A stretch of DNA of 64,000 bases, taken from the IMG/VR virus record IMGVR_UViG_3300024336_000001, positions 1 through 64,000 of that record, one strand, 5' to 3'. The stretch comes from a virus. The notes beneath the pieces are model-generated. The model made no database searches. It saw only the letters and a program-made list of their open reading frames with translations, and was not told the origin of the DNA. Numbering within the stretch: the stretch's first letter is position 1; each line of letters opens with the position of its first letter. Position numbers and translations under genes: made by a program. Of the stretch, positions 36,063 to 46,752 are shown in pieces.

Positions 36063-36329
36063 ATGAATAATGAATTTGGAATCAGCGATCTTCAAATAAA
36101 ACTAATGGCAAATAAGCTGGGGTATCCAGGAGGGCTATCTGAGCAGGAATTAGCGGATATTAAGGTGGGGCTTATTGGAGAAATATTCAAAAAAAGGGAA
36201 GAGCTAGTATACCCTGTTATTAAATATGCCCTTGAGCTAAGGCTTAAGAAAAATAAAGGTGTAGTTCGTACAAGATGTTGTGAAAAAGATGCTGCGAAAA
36301 TAAGGTGCTGTGATAAGAATGAAGACTAA
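36063..36329 (+). CDS. Hypothetical protein
   Basis: GGGAG RBS. Confidence 0.5.
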   Translation: MNNEFGISDLQIKLMANKLGYPGGLSEQELADIKVGLIGEIFKKREELVYPVIKYALELRLKKNKGVVRTRCCEKDAAKIRCCDKNED

Positions 36330-36636
36330 GTATCTTAAAGATATCCTCACAAGGATGTGCAGGCATCCTAAAAAATATCCATTAACAAACAGGTCTTCGG
36401 TTACAAATGCCCAAAGACTAGAAATAATTAAGGGGGTTTTCGATGAAATGATAGAATGTTTATTAGAGGGGTGTAATTTTGAAATAAAGAATTTTGGGAC
36501 AATAAAACGGAAAGAAAGACCAGGGAGAACTTATAGGAACCCCAAAACAGGTGATAAAATTAAAAAGGATCCGGCAACAACATTGAAGTTTAATATAGCA
36601 AAAAAGATGAGAGACAGGCTAAATGAGCAATCCTGA
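36319..36636 (+). CDS. HU/IHF-family DNA-bending protein
   Basis: FEIKNFGTIKRKERPGRTYRNPKTGDKI...LKF; likely start MKTK. Confidence 0.85.
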   Translation: MKTKYLKDILTRMCRHPKKYPLTNRSSVTNAQRLEIIKGVFDEMIECLLEGCNFEIKNFGTIKRKERPGRTYRNPKTGDKIKKDPATTLKFNIAKKMRDRLNEQS

Positions 36637-36641
36637 ATATA

Positions 36642-36911
36642 ATGAGCCAAAGCAAGGAAATAAGTTCAAAGAGGGAAATGATGGGAGAAATGGATCAAAA
36701 AAGGATTATGAAAAAACTCGGAAGTAAAATTACTACTTTAAAGAAAAAGGAAGGGTTAGTTACTGAGGAATTAGCAAAGAAAATAGACGTAGCAAGAAGT
36801 ACCTTATGGTGTATTGAGACGGGAAAAGTAGACCCTAAAATGAGCACAGTAGTAAAGATAGCAAAGTTTTTTGGTATGAGCATTTCGGAATTATTAGATT
36901 TTAATAAATAG
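36642..36911 (+). CDS. XRE HTH regulator
   Basis: EELAKKIDVARSTLWCIETGKVDPKMSTVVKIAKFFG. Confidence 0.8.
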   Translation: MSQSKEISSKREMMGEMDQKRIMKKLGSKITTLKKKEGLVTEELAKKIDVARSTLWCIETGKVDPKMSTVVKIAKFFGMSISELLDFNK

Positions 36912-36938
36912 AATCAGCCATATATTTTTTAAACTCAT

Positions 36939-37001
36939 AATCTCGCATAAATAAATATATATACATTGACAAATACACTAATTATGCATTATTATGCGAG
37001 A
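36939..37001 (+). promoter_or_regulatory. Recombinase promoter flanked by dif-like half-sites
   Basis: AATCTCGCATAA (36939-36950), TTGACA (36966), TATTAT (36990), TTATGCGAGA (36992-37001). Confidence 0.7.
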
Positions 37002-37017
37002 AACAAGGAGGTTTAAA

Positions 37018-38088
37018 TTGAATACTGAATTAAAATTACATAATGATATAGAAACAAGGATTGAAAAGTTACCTGAACACTATAAAAAGTTTTTTATATG
37101 GAAGCAGCCAAACAAATCTACAAGACGACATACGATCAAATCATATTTATTGCATTTGAATAAAGTAGAAGATCTATTAGGGAAAAAGTTGATGGAGAAA
37201 AAGGGGGCAGCATATGTTTCTGTAACCAAAGATGAGTTGGTTCAACTAAAAGACACTCTATCACATAAGCTTAACCATAAACCTTCAAGCGTGAATGCTT
37301 ATTTAGCTTCAATAAAATCTATTTTCAAATATTGGACACAAGAGTTGGAGATTGTAGAAAAATCCCCTATCCCGCTGGACTTTCAAGAAGAAGAACCATA
37401 CGCAGAGAAGGAAATGTATATTACTGAAGAACATTTAAGGGAAATAAATAATATATTAGATGAGCTGGTTAAGACAGTTACAACTAAAATACCGGCCAGC
37501 ATGAATGTCACAAGCCTTTTCTTCCATGCTTTACAACGCAAGGCAATTATTAGGTTAATGATTGATACAGGGGCTAGAGTTGGGGAAATTGCTGGAATTA
37601 CTGCAAATGATTTTGACAGATACGAAATTATGATAGACAAGAGAAAGCACAAACAATGGCAAGTGAAAATATATAATTCTAAAAAACGAGATGGATCTCC
37701 CTTAGCTCGCTGGCTACCTATATCAAAAGAAACAAAAAAAGCAGTGGATGAAATGCTTTATCATGCTCAATTAAAAATAAAAAACGGGGAACTGCCTTTA
37801 TCAACTGCAAACTTTAGTAAAGCCTTTCATAGAAAAAATAGATCTAGGGCAATTCAAACTTGGATTAACGAGATACAAAAAGACCTTAATAAAATGGGGT
37901 ACAATATCCCGAAGCTGACACCCCATCATTTTAGACATCTGTTTGCTACCAGACTAATTCTGGCAGGCGAAAACGATGCAACCGTACAGAAAATGTTAGG
38001 GCAAAAAAACATTCAAAGTATAATCAGGTATGTTAAAGCCAGCAACCAAATGGCTGGAGCTGCCAGCTATAGAACCTTTGGTTTTTAA
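37018..38088 (+). CDS. Tyrosine recombinase (Xer/Cre-like resolvase)
   Basis: TGARVGE, HHFRH, LGQ..I..IIRY; N-terminal SAM-like domain; likely TTG start at 37018 after AAGGAGG. Confidence 0.9.
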   Translation: MNTELKLHNDIETRIEKLPEHYKKFFIWKQPNKSTRRHTIKSYLLHLNKVEDLLGKKLMEKKGAAYVSVTKDELVQLKDTLSHKLNHKPSSVNAYLASIKSIFKYWTQELEIVEKSPIPLDFQEEEPYAEKEMYITEEHLREINNILDELVKTVTTKIPASMNVTSLFFHALQRKAIIRLMIDTGARVGEIAGITANDFDRYEIMIDKRKHKQWQVKIYNSKKRDGSPLARWLPISKETKKAVDEMLYHAQLKIKNGELPLSTANFSKAFHRKNRSRAIQTWINEIQKDLNKMGYNIPKLTPHHFRHLFATRLILAGENDATVQKMLGQKNIQSIIRYVKASNQMAGAASYRTFGF

Positions 38089-38089
38089 C

Positions 38090-38332
38090 TTATATATCTT
38101 CAAAGATTAATGAGACGTGATCCCCGTCTTTAACAGCTAACAAATTTTTGTTTAGTTCGGGCCTATACCTAGTTAACCAGCCACCTACGTTTGCTAAAAT
38201 GTTTTTTATGTAAGTTCCTTGATTTTCAGGATTTAATACTTGAGGATCCTTTATTACAAATTTCCCATCTGTCTCAATTATAGAGATGATTTTTTCTATA
38301 GTTGCCTCAGTTTTTTGTACCTTATCTGACAA
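38090..38332 (-). CDS. Hypothetical protein
   Basis: ORF track. Confidence 0.45.
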   Translation of the reverse strand: MSDKVQKTEATIEKIISIIETDGKFVIKDPQVLNPENQGTYIKNILANVGGWLTRYRPELNKNLLAVKDGDHVSLIFEDI

Positions 38333-38341
38333 AATTAACGC

Positions 38342-38608
38342 CTAATAAGAGTACGAAGGGTAGCTGTAATAATCGCTTGATTTCTTTGTTTTATATTTAT
38401 TGGTTCCGGTTTTCCCTGTGTAAGTATTATAGTTCCCAGAATAGCTGAAATTATCTTTTACGGTGTTGTTTGATTTAGTTCTATAGTATCCGTTTACATA
38501 TGTGCCATTTTTGCGAGTATAGCCTTTTACATAGGTCGAGCCTACACAAAACACAGTGGTAGTAAACATAAAAAGCATTAATAATGCTGAGATAAAATAT
38601 TTTTTCAT
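38342..38608 (-). CDS. Small secreted basic protein
   Basis: Signal peptide MKKYFISALL..., then YVKGYTRKNGTYVNGYYRT motif. Confidence 0.7.
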   Translation of the reverse strand: MKKYFISALLMLFMFTTTVFCVGSTYVKGYTRKNGTYVNGYYRTKSNNTVKDNFSYSGNYNTYTGKTGTNKYKTKKSSDYYSYPSYSY

Positions 38609-38742
38609 TGAAAAAACTCCCTTCATTTAACTTAAGATAATGGTAGCACAGCACCAACTTTTTTTTAAACCTTTTCCGGGGTTTTGTGCCTAATTTTGAT
38701 GTGCCAAAAACTAAAATGTAGTAATTAGGCTATTACGCCATA

Positions 38743-38943
38743 ATGTTGGCTATGCCTAAAAACAAGATAAATAATTTTCCTCATTCAACAAAACTCAGAT
38801 TTACAAAAAACAACTTCAATAAGTTAAGAAAAATCAAATACGACAATAACTCTTCATTCAATAAAATCATAAACGCTTTAATTTCACAAATTGACGAAAA
38901 ATCTATTTCAAGCACTATCAAAAGCTGGAAGGCGAGTCTATGA
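38743..38943 (+). CDS. Small RHH-like protein leading the replication operon
   Basis: LRFTKNNFNKLRKI...SFNKIINALI; ATGA coupling with the helicase. Confidence 0.45.
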   Translation: MLAMPKNKINNFPHSTKLRFTKNNFNKLRKIKYDNNSSFNKIINALISQIDEKSISSTIKSWKASL

Positions 38944-40757
38944 ATAAGCCTGGCCGACCTTTTGAAGAGTCTCTTTTAACAATGGAGCAAAACCGACTTG
39001 TATATTGTGGAACGGCTGCTCAATTAAGGAATTGCTCTAAATCAATACCTATAAAGTATAACGACAAAACAAGATATTTTGAATTTCCAATTTTCCCAAC
39101 TATCGCAAAACACCTTGAAAAAATTGTCCCCCATATGCAGATAGATGTGAGGCTGAAAAAGCACCTAACCAGTAAGTCCAAACAGTTAAGCAACTTCTGG
39201 GATCTTAAGCTATCAAAGGACATAAAAGAAGATGCTCCATTAAAAGATGTTGGGCTTATTGATATTAAACTTTTTCCTCATCAAAAAGTTTCTTCCCGTA
39301 TTAACGAGTTATTTACAAGGGTACTTTGTTTGGATGAAATGGGACTAGGTAAAACCATAGTAGCTCTTCGGTCGGCCTTGTACCGTAAAATTTTCAATAA
39401 AAACAAACGCTGCCTAATTATCTGCCCAAATTCTATCAGGGTTACTGTATGGGCAAATGAAATAAAAAGCCGGACAGGGCTGGGGATTTGTGTGCCAGAC
39501 GGCACGAAGATCAAGCGAGAAAAGCTAATCAAGCAATTTATGGATCTTAATGCTTCTAATGAAGCTTATCATTTTATGGTTATCAACTATGAGATGACCT
39601 ACAAATACCTGGATCTCATAAAGCAATTCGCTGATGACCAGATGCTTATTATCGATGAATCTCACTACATGAAAAACAGATTATCTCAAAGAACTAAAGC
39701 GATTTTCAAAATTAATCCTAAGTATCTAATAAGTATGACCGGAACTCCATTCGACAATAAAATCGAAGATATTTTTGCTTTAGCTGAATATGTCTGCCCT
39801 TTAATTTTTTCCGGGAGCTACACTAAATTTAAAGACCAGTATTGTATAGAGCGCACTATCCCTCTTAAATCAAAAGGCAGGGTAATCCAGCGCAATGTAA
39901 TTGCAGGCTATAAAAATCTTGCTCAACTTAGAGCCACATTAGGGCTTATTTCTTATAGGCGCACAAAAAAAGAAGTTCTTGATTTGCCACCTAAACTTTA
40001 TGAAAACCGACAAATTCAAATGACTGTAGAGCAATGGAAATGTTACGAAAAAATGCGTCTGGAATGTTATGTAATGGTTGCCAAACTAGACGAAAGCCAA
40101 ATAGAAGCAACGGCCAAGGGCATTTTGGCAAAAATGTTGCGACTTTCACAGATTACAGATGGCTATTTAACTGATTTTGCTGATAAAAGCAAAACTTATT
40201 GGATTAAAAATAGTGGAAAAGTAGCCGAGCTTGATGATCTTCTGGAGCAAATAATAAATAGCGGACACAAGGCGGTTGTATGGTCCCGGTTTGTTGAAGT
40301 AGTAACCCACTTAACCAAAAGATATAAAGAAAAATACGGAGCTGTTTATATTAATGGGCAAGTCCCTACAAGTATGCGGCCAGAAATTATTGACCGCTTC
40401 CAAACAGACGAAAACACAAAAGTTTTTGTCGGCCAAATTCAAAGTTGCGGAGTTGGCATGACTCTTCATGCTGCCAGTTATGAGATTTTTTTTGATAAGT
40501 GCTTCATTTCCTCTTCAGGTATCACACAGGCGGAAGATCGTTGCCACAGAATAGGAATGAAAGATCGACTGACGATAATACATCTTATTGCAAAAAGTAC
40601 AATCGATGAATATTGGGAAAAGAATCTTAAAAATAAGCTTCAGGCTGTCAATGAAGTTACTCAAGATAATCAAGAGCAAGAATACACAGTTATCCCCGGA
40701 AAAGTTACTAAAGGAGATTTACTAGATTTATTAAAAATAGGAAAGAAGGGGGCCTAA
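38940..40757 (+). CDS. SNF2-family helicase
   Basis: DEMGLGKT, IIDESH, MTGTP, GMTL..A, QAEDRCHRIG. Confidence 0.92.
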   Translation: MNKPGRPFEESLLTMEQNRLVYCGTAAQLRNCSKSIPIKYNDKTRYFEFPIFPTIAKHLEKIVPHMQIDVRLKKHLTSKSKQLSNFWDLKLSKDIKEDAPLKDVGLIDIKLFPHQKVSSRINELFTRVLCLDEMGLGKTIVALRSALYRKIFNKNKRCLIICPNSIRVTVWANEIKSRTGLGICVPDGTKIKREKLIKQFMDLNASNEAYHFMVINYEMTYKYLDLIKQFADDQMLIIDESHYMKNRLSQRTKAIFKINPKYLISMTGTPFDNKIEDIFALAEYVCPLIFSGSYTKFKDQYCIERTIPLKSKGRVIQRNVIAGYKNLAQLRATLGLISYRRTKKEVLDLPPKLYENRQIQMTVEQWKCYEKMRLECYVMVAKLDESQIEATAKGILAKMLRLSQITDGYLTDFADKSKTYWIKNSGKVAELDDLLEQIINSGHKAVVWSRFVEVVTHLTKRYKEKYGAVYINGQVPTSMRPEIIDRFQTDENTKVFVGQIQSCGVGMTLHAASYEIFFDKCFISSSGITQAEDRCHRIGMKDRLTIIHLIAKSTIDEYWEKNLKNKLQAVNEVTQDNQEQEYTVIPGKVTKGDLLDLLKIGKKGA

Positions 40758-40759
40758 AA

Positions 40760-40987
40760 ATGAAGCTGTCTAAATACCAAGAAAAGAGATTAGAAAAGCT
40801 GAAACAAAACAAAGGAACCCCTGTGTTTCTTGCAGGTACAGAAGGCTCCACCAAAGTTTCCGGGACAATAGTTTCTTTTAAGGTGGTTAAACCAAGAAAA
40901 AACCTAAAAATTCTTTATGGCTTGTTGTTTGAAGGCCAAAACAGTCCTATTTACGGCTCTAAAAAAGCCTTTGTTTTCGCATCTTAA
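40760..40987 (+). CDS. Hypothetical protein
   Basis: Co-oriented and closely spaced. Confidence 0.5.
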   Translation: MKLSKYQEKRLEKLKQNKGTPVFLAGTEGSTKVSGTIVSFKVVKPRKNLKILYGLLFEGQNSPIYGSKKAFVFAS

Positions 40988-41005
40988 ATTAAAAGGAGAA
41001 AAACC

Positions 41006-41581
41006 ATGACATCTATAAACGAAACTTTAGAAAGTGAAATTGATAAAGAATTAAATGAGCTTCAAGAAAATAAACCTGAGATGGTTCCCATTGAAGCTCT
41101 TGATGAAGCAGTTCAGGGAGCTTTTGATAAACAGTTTAAAGAATATGCAGAAAGATATTTAAGCTCGTATAACAAATATGTGCAGGCTAAGGCTGTTATG
41201 GATGATTTAAAAAACAAATCTGATGCTGCGGAGGTAGCAATGATTTCTTTTGCAAGGGATATTGGGGTTTTAACCAGTGAAGTAGCTCTTACTTATGACG
41301 GAATGGGAACGTTCAAGATTAAAGAGGCATATTTCGGTAATGTGACAAAGGCAAATCGGGCGAAAGTGTTTGCATTCTTTCGAAACCAGAAACGAGAAAA
41401 CGAATTTTTTGAATTGTCAGTACGGAAAGCTGAGGTCAATAAATTTGTTCGAGAGAAGGTCGATAAATGCAAGAAAAATAGTAAAGGAGGTGAGATCGAG
41501 CCTGATTTACCAGATGGCGTTTCTTTTGGAAAGAAACACAGCGTTTCATTATCAAACCGAAACTCTAGTTTTGGTGTATAA
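41006..41581 (+). CDS. Phage replication-module protein of unknown function
   Basis: Coiled coil plus LPDGVS C-terminal motif; AAGGAG RBS. Confidence 0.55.
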   Translation: MTSINETLESEIDKELNELQENKPEMVPIEALDEAVQGAFDKQFKEYAERYLSSYNKYVQAKAVMDDLKNKSDAAEVAMISFARDIGVLTSEVALTYDGMGTFKIKEAYFGNVTKANRAKVFAFFRNQKRENEFFELSVRKAEVNKFVREKVDKCKKNSKGGEIEPDLPDGVSFGKKHSVSLSNRNSSFGV

Positions 41582-41607
41582 AAAATATTTTTAAGGAGGA
41601 AGTTATT

Positions 41608-42621
41608 ATGGATTGGCCAAACGAAGAAGTTGAAGAGGCAAAACAAAATACCGGGATAGTAGAACCGGCAAAAAAAGAAACAAAACAAGAAGACGCTCCA
41701 AGCGAGGAAGAAGCTTTCGAGCAGTTAGGAGAAGATATGATGCAAGATGCACCACAAGAAAAAACTGAGACACCATCCCCTGCCCCTGAACCAGAAAAAA
41801 AAGAAGAAAAGAAAGAGGATAAGTCACCAGAAACTCAAACAACGGCTGTTGAAGCAAAGCCAGAGCAAGCATTATCTACAGAAATTAATATGGAGGAGCA
41901 CTTTATTGACGGAAAACCTAGAGGCTCTGTAGACATGGATGCTGGGGCATTGAATACGCCGAGATGGGCGATTGTCCAAGGTATATCTGATATTGCAAAA
42001 ACTCACCCAGACGCTCCAGGAAAAATTTATTTTTCAATGAACGATACTTTGCACAAAAAAGTAGAATTTTTGGTTATAGATTTTAAGCTTAACAGAAGGA
42101 TGTTTGAACCTTTCAAGGATGAAAAGGGCAATAAGATAAAGGACCGATCAACACACCCCCTGTGTTACTCAGATACCGGACAGCTTAATGACGGTGGCGT
42201 TTTACACCCAGCCCTGCAATCTGTTCGATGTTCAGAATGCCCACATTCAAAATGGAAAGAAAGTGAGCAACCTGCCTGTACGATATTTCATAACTACCTT
42301 GTTATCTCGGTAGAGCAATTAATAGCTAAAGAAAGCTTGCCTTCCATTCTTGCTTGCTCAAAATCTCAAACCAGAGAAACAAAAAAATTCAATACAGAGC
42401 TTAATTCCAAAATGGTTAGCTACAAAGGAGCTTCTGTTCGAGCACCATATTATTTTAATGTTTATTCATTAGAATCAATCGTGTCTCCAAACAATCCTGA
42501 TGTCGGCTATATTCCAGTTTTCAATTTAGTTCGATCAGCGACAGCAGAAGAAATTAATGCGTGTCTGCAAATATCCAAGCAATTTGAATCTATTGAATGG
42601 GCAAGTTTAAGAGAAGGATAA
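41608..42621 (+). CDS. Putative ssDNA-binding/recombination protein
   Basis: Acidic N-terminus; PLCYSDTG...CSECPHSKW...PAC Zn motif typical of phage SSB-like proteins. Confidence 0.5.
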   Translation: MDWPNEEVEEAKQNTGIVEPAKKETKQEDAPSEEEAFEQLGEDMMQDAPQEKTETPSPAPEPEKKEEKKEDKSPETQTTAVEAKPEQALSTEINMEEHFIDGKPRGSVDMDAGALNTPRWAIVQGISDIAKTHPDAPGKIYFSMNDTLHKKVEFLVIDFKLNRRMFEPFKDEKGNKIKDRSTHPLCYSDTGQLNDGGVLHPALQSVRCSECPHSKWKESEQPACTIFHNYLVISVEQLIAKESLPSILACSKSQTRETKKFNTELNSKMVSYKGASVRAPYYFNVYSLESIVSPNNPDVGYIPVFNLVRSATAEEINACLQISKQFESIEWASLREG

Positions 42622-42662
42622 TCGTTTGATACACCAAACAAAAACAACTACAAGGAGGTATA

Positions 42663-43131
42663 ATGTATGTATAAATTAAAAGGAATAACACATTTTGAGG
42701 GGCGACAAATCTTGGACTGCCTGGGAGCGCAAAACGAGGGCAAGGCTTCTATTAGCGAAATCCGAAAGATGTTGGGATTAATTGACAAAATAGAGGAGGT
42801 TGGCAAAGGGGTTCCTAGCGAAAGTGTAAACGATATGAATAAAATCATCGACACTTTCTCTGATGAGGCTAAAAAAACTTTAACAAAAGCTGATGTTGAG
42901 AAAAAGCAAGATGTGATTTGGGATACAATTTATATTGCTGAATTGGTATTAGAAAACAAAGAATTCGAAACTATCAAAAAAGCTTTTGACGATATTAGCG
43001 ATAAGCGGGCATTACCAAGAGATCTTCGGTATGCAAGACGATTTGATAGGTTTTACAAAGCCCTTGAGAAAACAGAGTCATTTGATGTGAACCAGAAAAA
43101 AGATGACCAAGTTGCTAAAGAGGACAAATAG
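42663..43131 (+). CDS. Hypothetical protein
   Basis: AAGGAGGT RBS; track start at 42667. Confidence 0.6.
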
Positions 43132-43157
43132 GGGGATCCCTTGTAAAGCAAAATTTT

Positions 43158-46100
43158 ATGGATTTAGAACGGGTAAAGGGACAAGTAAAAGAGAGGTTTG
43201 ATTATGAAAGTTATTATCATAACTTAGGTCTTCAAACCTCAAATCCACCAAAGCATACTCAAGATAGGCTAAGATTCTGCTGCCCATTTCACACCGATAA
43301 AACACCCTCTTTTTATGCCTATGTAAGCGGGCCAAAAAAAGGAAGATGGGAGTGTTATGGGGGAAGCTGTGGAAAATCCGGTGATATTTTCGACTTCATA
43401 CAAGAGTATGAAAAGTGCGATTTTATGACCGCCCTTAAGAAAGCGGCTGAAATATGTGGCGTGGATACTGACGAAACACGTACCTACGAACCAAAAGGCA
43501 GACCACTTTTAAAAGAAAAGCTTGTAGACGATTACCATAAGAATTTAATTGAAAACGAAGAATATAAACCACAGTTACAATGGCTAAAAGATATCCGTGG
43601 ATTAACAGAGAAAACTATCCGAAAGTGGAAAATTGGATGGCGGCCACCATATATAAAAGGGCAGCTTGGTCGATATTCTATTCCTATCTATGGCCCAGAT
43701 AAACAGCTTTGGAATATTAAATACTATAACAGGGACGAAGAAGCAAAATATATTTTTCATACCTATAAGCCGAAAGGCGGTGAAAAATATAGTTACCATG
43801 AGCCACATCACGCCTTTGCTAATTGGCATCACAAACAAGCCTCTGGGCATGTTTTAATTTGCGAAGGGGAAATGGACGGGCTAACTTTAGATCAATATAA
43901 TTTTCCTTTCATTTGTGAATTAACCGGAGCTGGTAGCTGGAGTGGACACAACAATGAATATTTAAGAGGTAAAACCGTACTAATTGCCTATGATAATGAT
44001 GATGCGGGCAAAGAGGGGGCCGATAAGCTTCTTAAAAAAATAAGTGGCTATCCAAAAGACATAGGGATATTAGATCTTTCTATAGCGGGGAAAGGTGCTG
44101 ACATCACAGATTATTTTAATTTTCCGAAAACAAGAGAAGATTTTACTACATTAATTCAAGAAACAGAGCCAGTGGTAATTAACGAACCCAAAGAAGAAGA
44201 AAAAGTCAGCGAAAACATAGTTTCTTTAAACGATGTTTTGAAAAAAGCATCTCTTTTTAATACTCATAACCGTTTTAAGATCAGGGTGGTTGGCGTATCG
44301 GAGCAACCAGGAACCATACCTACTAAAGCTTGCCTAACTTGTAATATGGATGTGAAATGCACTTCTAAACGATGGTGTCCTGTTATAAGAAACCACAGTG
44401 CTAACCTAGAATTTGACCTTAAAAAAGACAAGAAATCCTTTATTACTTACTTAACTTCGTCTCAAAGCGAAGCTGAGGGGGCTTTTAAGCGGTTAGCGGA
44501 AATCCCTAAAAGATGTTTTCAATCGGTACGCTTTTTAGACCAAGAAGTTTTGTCTTTTGTTGAAGCAAAAGTTGTTCAGAAAGTAGCTCTTGGTAATTTG
44601 AGTAATAAAATAGAAAGCACAGCTACCGTTTTTTATCTTGGTGAGGAAGAGATTAAGGCTAATTCTTGCTATGAAATGATCGGGAAAAGGGTTGAGCACC
44701 CCAAGAATCACGGAACCTTTATTATAGCAGACAAAGCTATCCCTGAAATCGATGACCTCGATGCGTTTAAGATCACAGAAAAAGAATACGAGTTGTTAAA
44801 TATATTTAGAAAACCATCCAACGTTAACGCCTATGATTGGATTCACCAACAAAATAAAGATGTTTCTCAAAACGTATTAAAATTAGTTGGAACAACTATT
44901 ATGGCAGATTCTATTTTAACCACTACTTTTTCACCGCTTAATTTTACTTTTATGAATGAGTTTATACCAAGAGGTCATCCTAATACATTAGTGGTTGGGG
45001 ATACTGGCACGGGCAAATCTTCTGCTATCAGAAAATGGAATGAGTTTTGCCCATCTTTTGACATGGTATCCGGGGAACATTGTTCAGTGGCAGGTATGGT
45101 GGGCGGTCAAAAAAAGGGCGAAAAACAAGACATTCTGACACCCGGAGCCTTGCCACGAAATACCAGAAGAGCCATAGCAATAGATGAATTTAAAAAAATG
45201 CCAAAAGAGGTAAGACATGCTTTGACCCAGGTGCGCTCTGAAGGACGAGTTGATTATACAAAAATACAAAATATTACCTGGGAGGCCAGAACTAGGATTT
45301 TATTCTTTTCTTCTCCGGTTGGCCGAAACAATTCCTTGTCTTCCTATAACCCACCGGTTAAAGCTGTTGCTGCAATGTTTGATTCCAGCAATGAAGATGT
45401 GCGGCGAACCGATCATATATATTTAATGCACAAAGATGAAGTTCCTATTGAAGCAATAAACAGAGTAATTCTTGATAATGAGAAGGTTGAGCATAAGTTT
45501 AAGTCGGATAATTTTAAATGCCTTCTAACTTATGCTTGGACAAGTAACGCAAACAATATTTGCATCACTGAAGAAGCAGAAGAGCTAATTTTAAGCGAAA
45601 CTGTCCGTCTTTCAAAAAAATATGTGGATAAAATTACCATTGTAGACGGTAAGTCCCACCGCTATAAGCTTTGTATTGGCGCAATGAACCACGCTGTCAG
45701 ATGTTTTTCAACCAATGAAGAGGCTGTTAGTAAAAAAATTAACGGAGAAATCAGGACATTTGAAAAAGGGCGATTGTTAATCGTTTTACCAGAGCATGTT
45801 GAAAGCTATATCGAAATGTTTGAAGAGCATATGGATAGTGAAAAAGTTGGTTTCCTTGAGTTCAGTAGACAAATGCAAAGAAAAGATCGCTTAGTAGATG
45901 AGCACCTGGATCTTGGAAGTCTATTTAACCACGTCCTTCCAACGTTACAACTAAAATACATCAAATTCAAAGAGATTATTTTCTCCCGTAATGTCAAAAA
46001 TTTGGCTACATTAAAAATGCAGTTATGCCCAACAGACTCATTAAGGGGCGCAGATCTATTAATTGATTGGCTCTTAGGCTATGACTTCATAAAAATATCT

Positions 46101-46364
46101 GATGGCAAATATGTTGTTTATAATGCAAATCAGATAAAAAAATTACGAGTTAAGTGTGAAAAATATTATAGCCTTGGCATTACCAGCATCAGAAAAAAAG
46201 AAGCGGAATATACCGATAAAGTAAGCCGGGTAAGCTTAGATGATGTTGATAAGAAAAAACAAAGTCTTGAAGAAGATGAAGAAGATCAAGAGGGGCAGTT
46301 TGATTTTAATACAAACCAATGGAAGGAGGGTCTTGATGAAGAGAATCAAGCTGACCTCACTTAA
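43158..46364 (+). CDS. Primase-helicase: CHC2 Zn finger, TOPRIM primase and MCM-like AAA+ helicase
   Basis: CPFH.DKTPSF...C.GGSC; ICEGEMDG; AYDNDDAG; GDTGTGKS; IDEFKKM; EARTRIL. Confidence 0.85.
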   Translation: MDLERVKGQVKERFDYESYYHNLGLQTSNPPKHTQDRLRFCCPFHTDKTPSFYAYVSGPKKGRWECYGGSCGKSGDIFDFIQEYEKCDFMTALKKAAEICGVDTDETRTYEPKGRPLLKEKLVDDYHKNLIENEEYKPQLQWLKDIRGLTEKTIRKWKIGWRPPYIKGQLGRYSIPIYGPDKQLWNIKYYNRDEEAKYIFHTYKPKGGEKYSYHEPHHAFANWHHKQASGHVLICEGEMDGLTLDQYNFPFICELTGAGSWSGHNNEYLRGKTVLIAYDNDDAGKEGADKLLKKISGYPKDIGILDLSIAGKGADITDYFNFPKTREDFTTLIQETEPVVINEPKEEEKVSENIVSLNDVLKKASLFNTHNRFKIRVVGVSEQPGTIPTKACLTCNMDVKCTSKRWCPVIRNHSANLEFDLKKDKKSFITYLTSSQSEAEGAFKRLAEIPKRCFQSVRFLDQEVLSFVEAKVVQKVALGNLSNKIESTATVFYLGEEEIKANSCYEMIGKRVEHPKNHGTFIIADKAIPEIDDLDAFKITEKEYELLNIFRKPSNVNAYDWIHQQNKDVSQNVLKLVGTTIMADSILTTTFSPLNFTFMNEFIPRGHPNTLVVGDTGTGKSSAIRKWNEFCPSFDMVSGEHCSVAGMVGGQKKGEKQDILTPGALPRNTRRAIAIDEFKKMPKEVRHALTQVRSEGRVDYTKIQNITWEARTRILFFSSPVGRNNSLSSYNPPVKAVAAMFDSSNEDVRRTDHIYLMHKDEVPIEAINRVILDNEKVEHKFKSDNFKCLLTYAWTSNANNICITEEAEELILSETVRLSKKYVDKITIVDGKSHRYKLCIGAMNHAVRCFSTNEEAVSKKINGEIRTFEKGRLLIVLPEHVESYIEMFEEHMDSEKVGFLEFSRQMQRKDRLVDEHLDLGSLFNHVLPTLQLKYIKFKEIIFSRNVKNLATLKMQLCPTDSLRGADLLIDWLLGYDFIKISDGKYVVYNANQIKKLRVKCEKYYSLGITSIRKKEAEYTDKVSRVSLDDVDKKKQSLEEDEEDQEGQFDFNTNQWKEGLDEENQADLT

Positions 46365-46752
46365 AATTAGAAACTTTGACCGCATGAACGATGATGTGTT
46401 TGTTCGTTATAAATACAGCAATAAAAATGAACTTGATGTTATTTGTTATGAGATCCACAAACTCCAAAGAGGTTTATATAAAGGTGAATTTACTGGCGAA
46501 CTAAAAGAAATGTATCACCACTTAACAAGTCAGTTGGCTAAGTATTATAAAAACCCAGATCATTGGCTCACTAAGGTTGAGGCAGCAAAGCTACTTAACT
46601 GCCATCCAAGAAAAATAGATGCTTATTATCAACGTGGCTGTATCAGAGCCGAGGCTGTAGATACCTCCCGTGGAGAAGCCTTAAGACTTAGATATTGCAA
46701 AAATGATATTGAGGACCTAAAGGAAGAAATAGATGCCAAGACCAAAAATTAA
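46336..46752 (+). CDS. HTH (excisionase-like) domain protein
   Basis: WLTKVEAAKLLNCHPRKIDAYYQRG; GGAGG RBS before MKRIK. Confidence 0.6.
   Translation: MKRIKLTSLKIRNFDRMNDDVFVRYKYSNKNELDVICYEIHKLQRGLYKGEFTGELKEMYHHLTSQLAKYYKNPDHWLTKVEAAKLLNCHPRKIDAYYQRGCIRAEAVDTSRGEALRLRYCKNDIEDLKEEIDAKTKN

Noticed and set aside
17314-38694. ATTAGGCAC 9-mer at 17314, 18531, 20374 and 38686 (reverse)
   Set aside because: It is short, also occurs in coding sequence near 58615, and one copy is explained by an RNA stem; significance cannot be shown without statistics.
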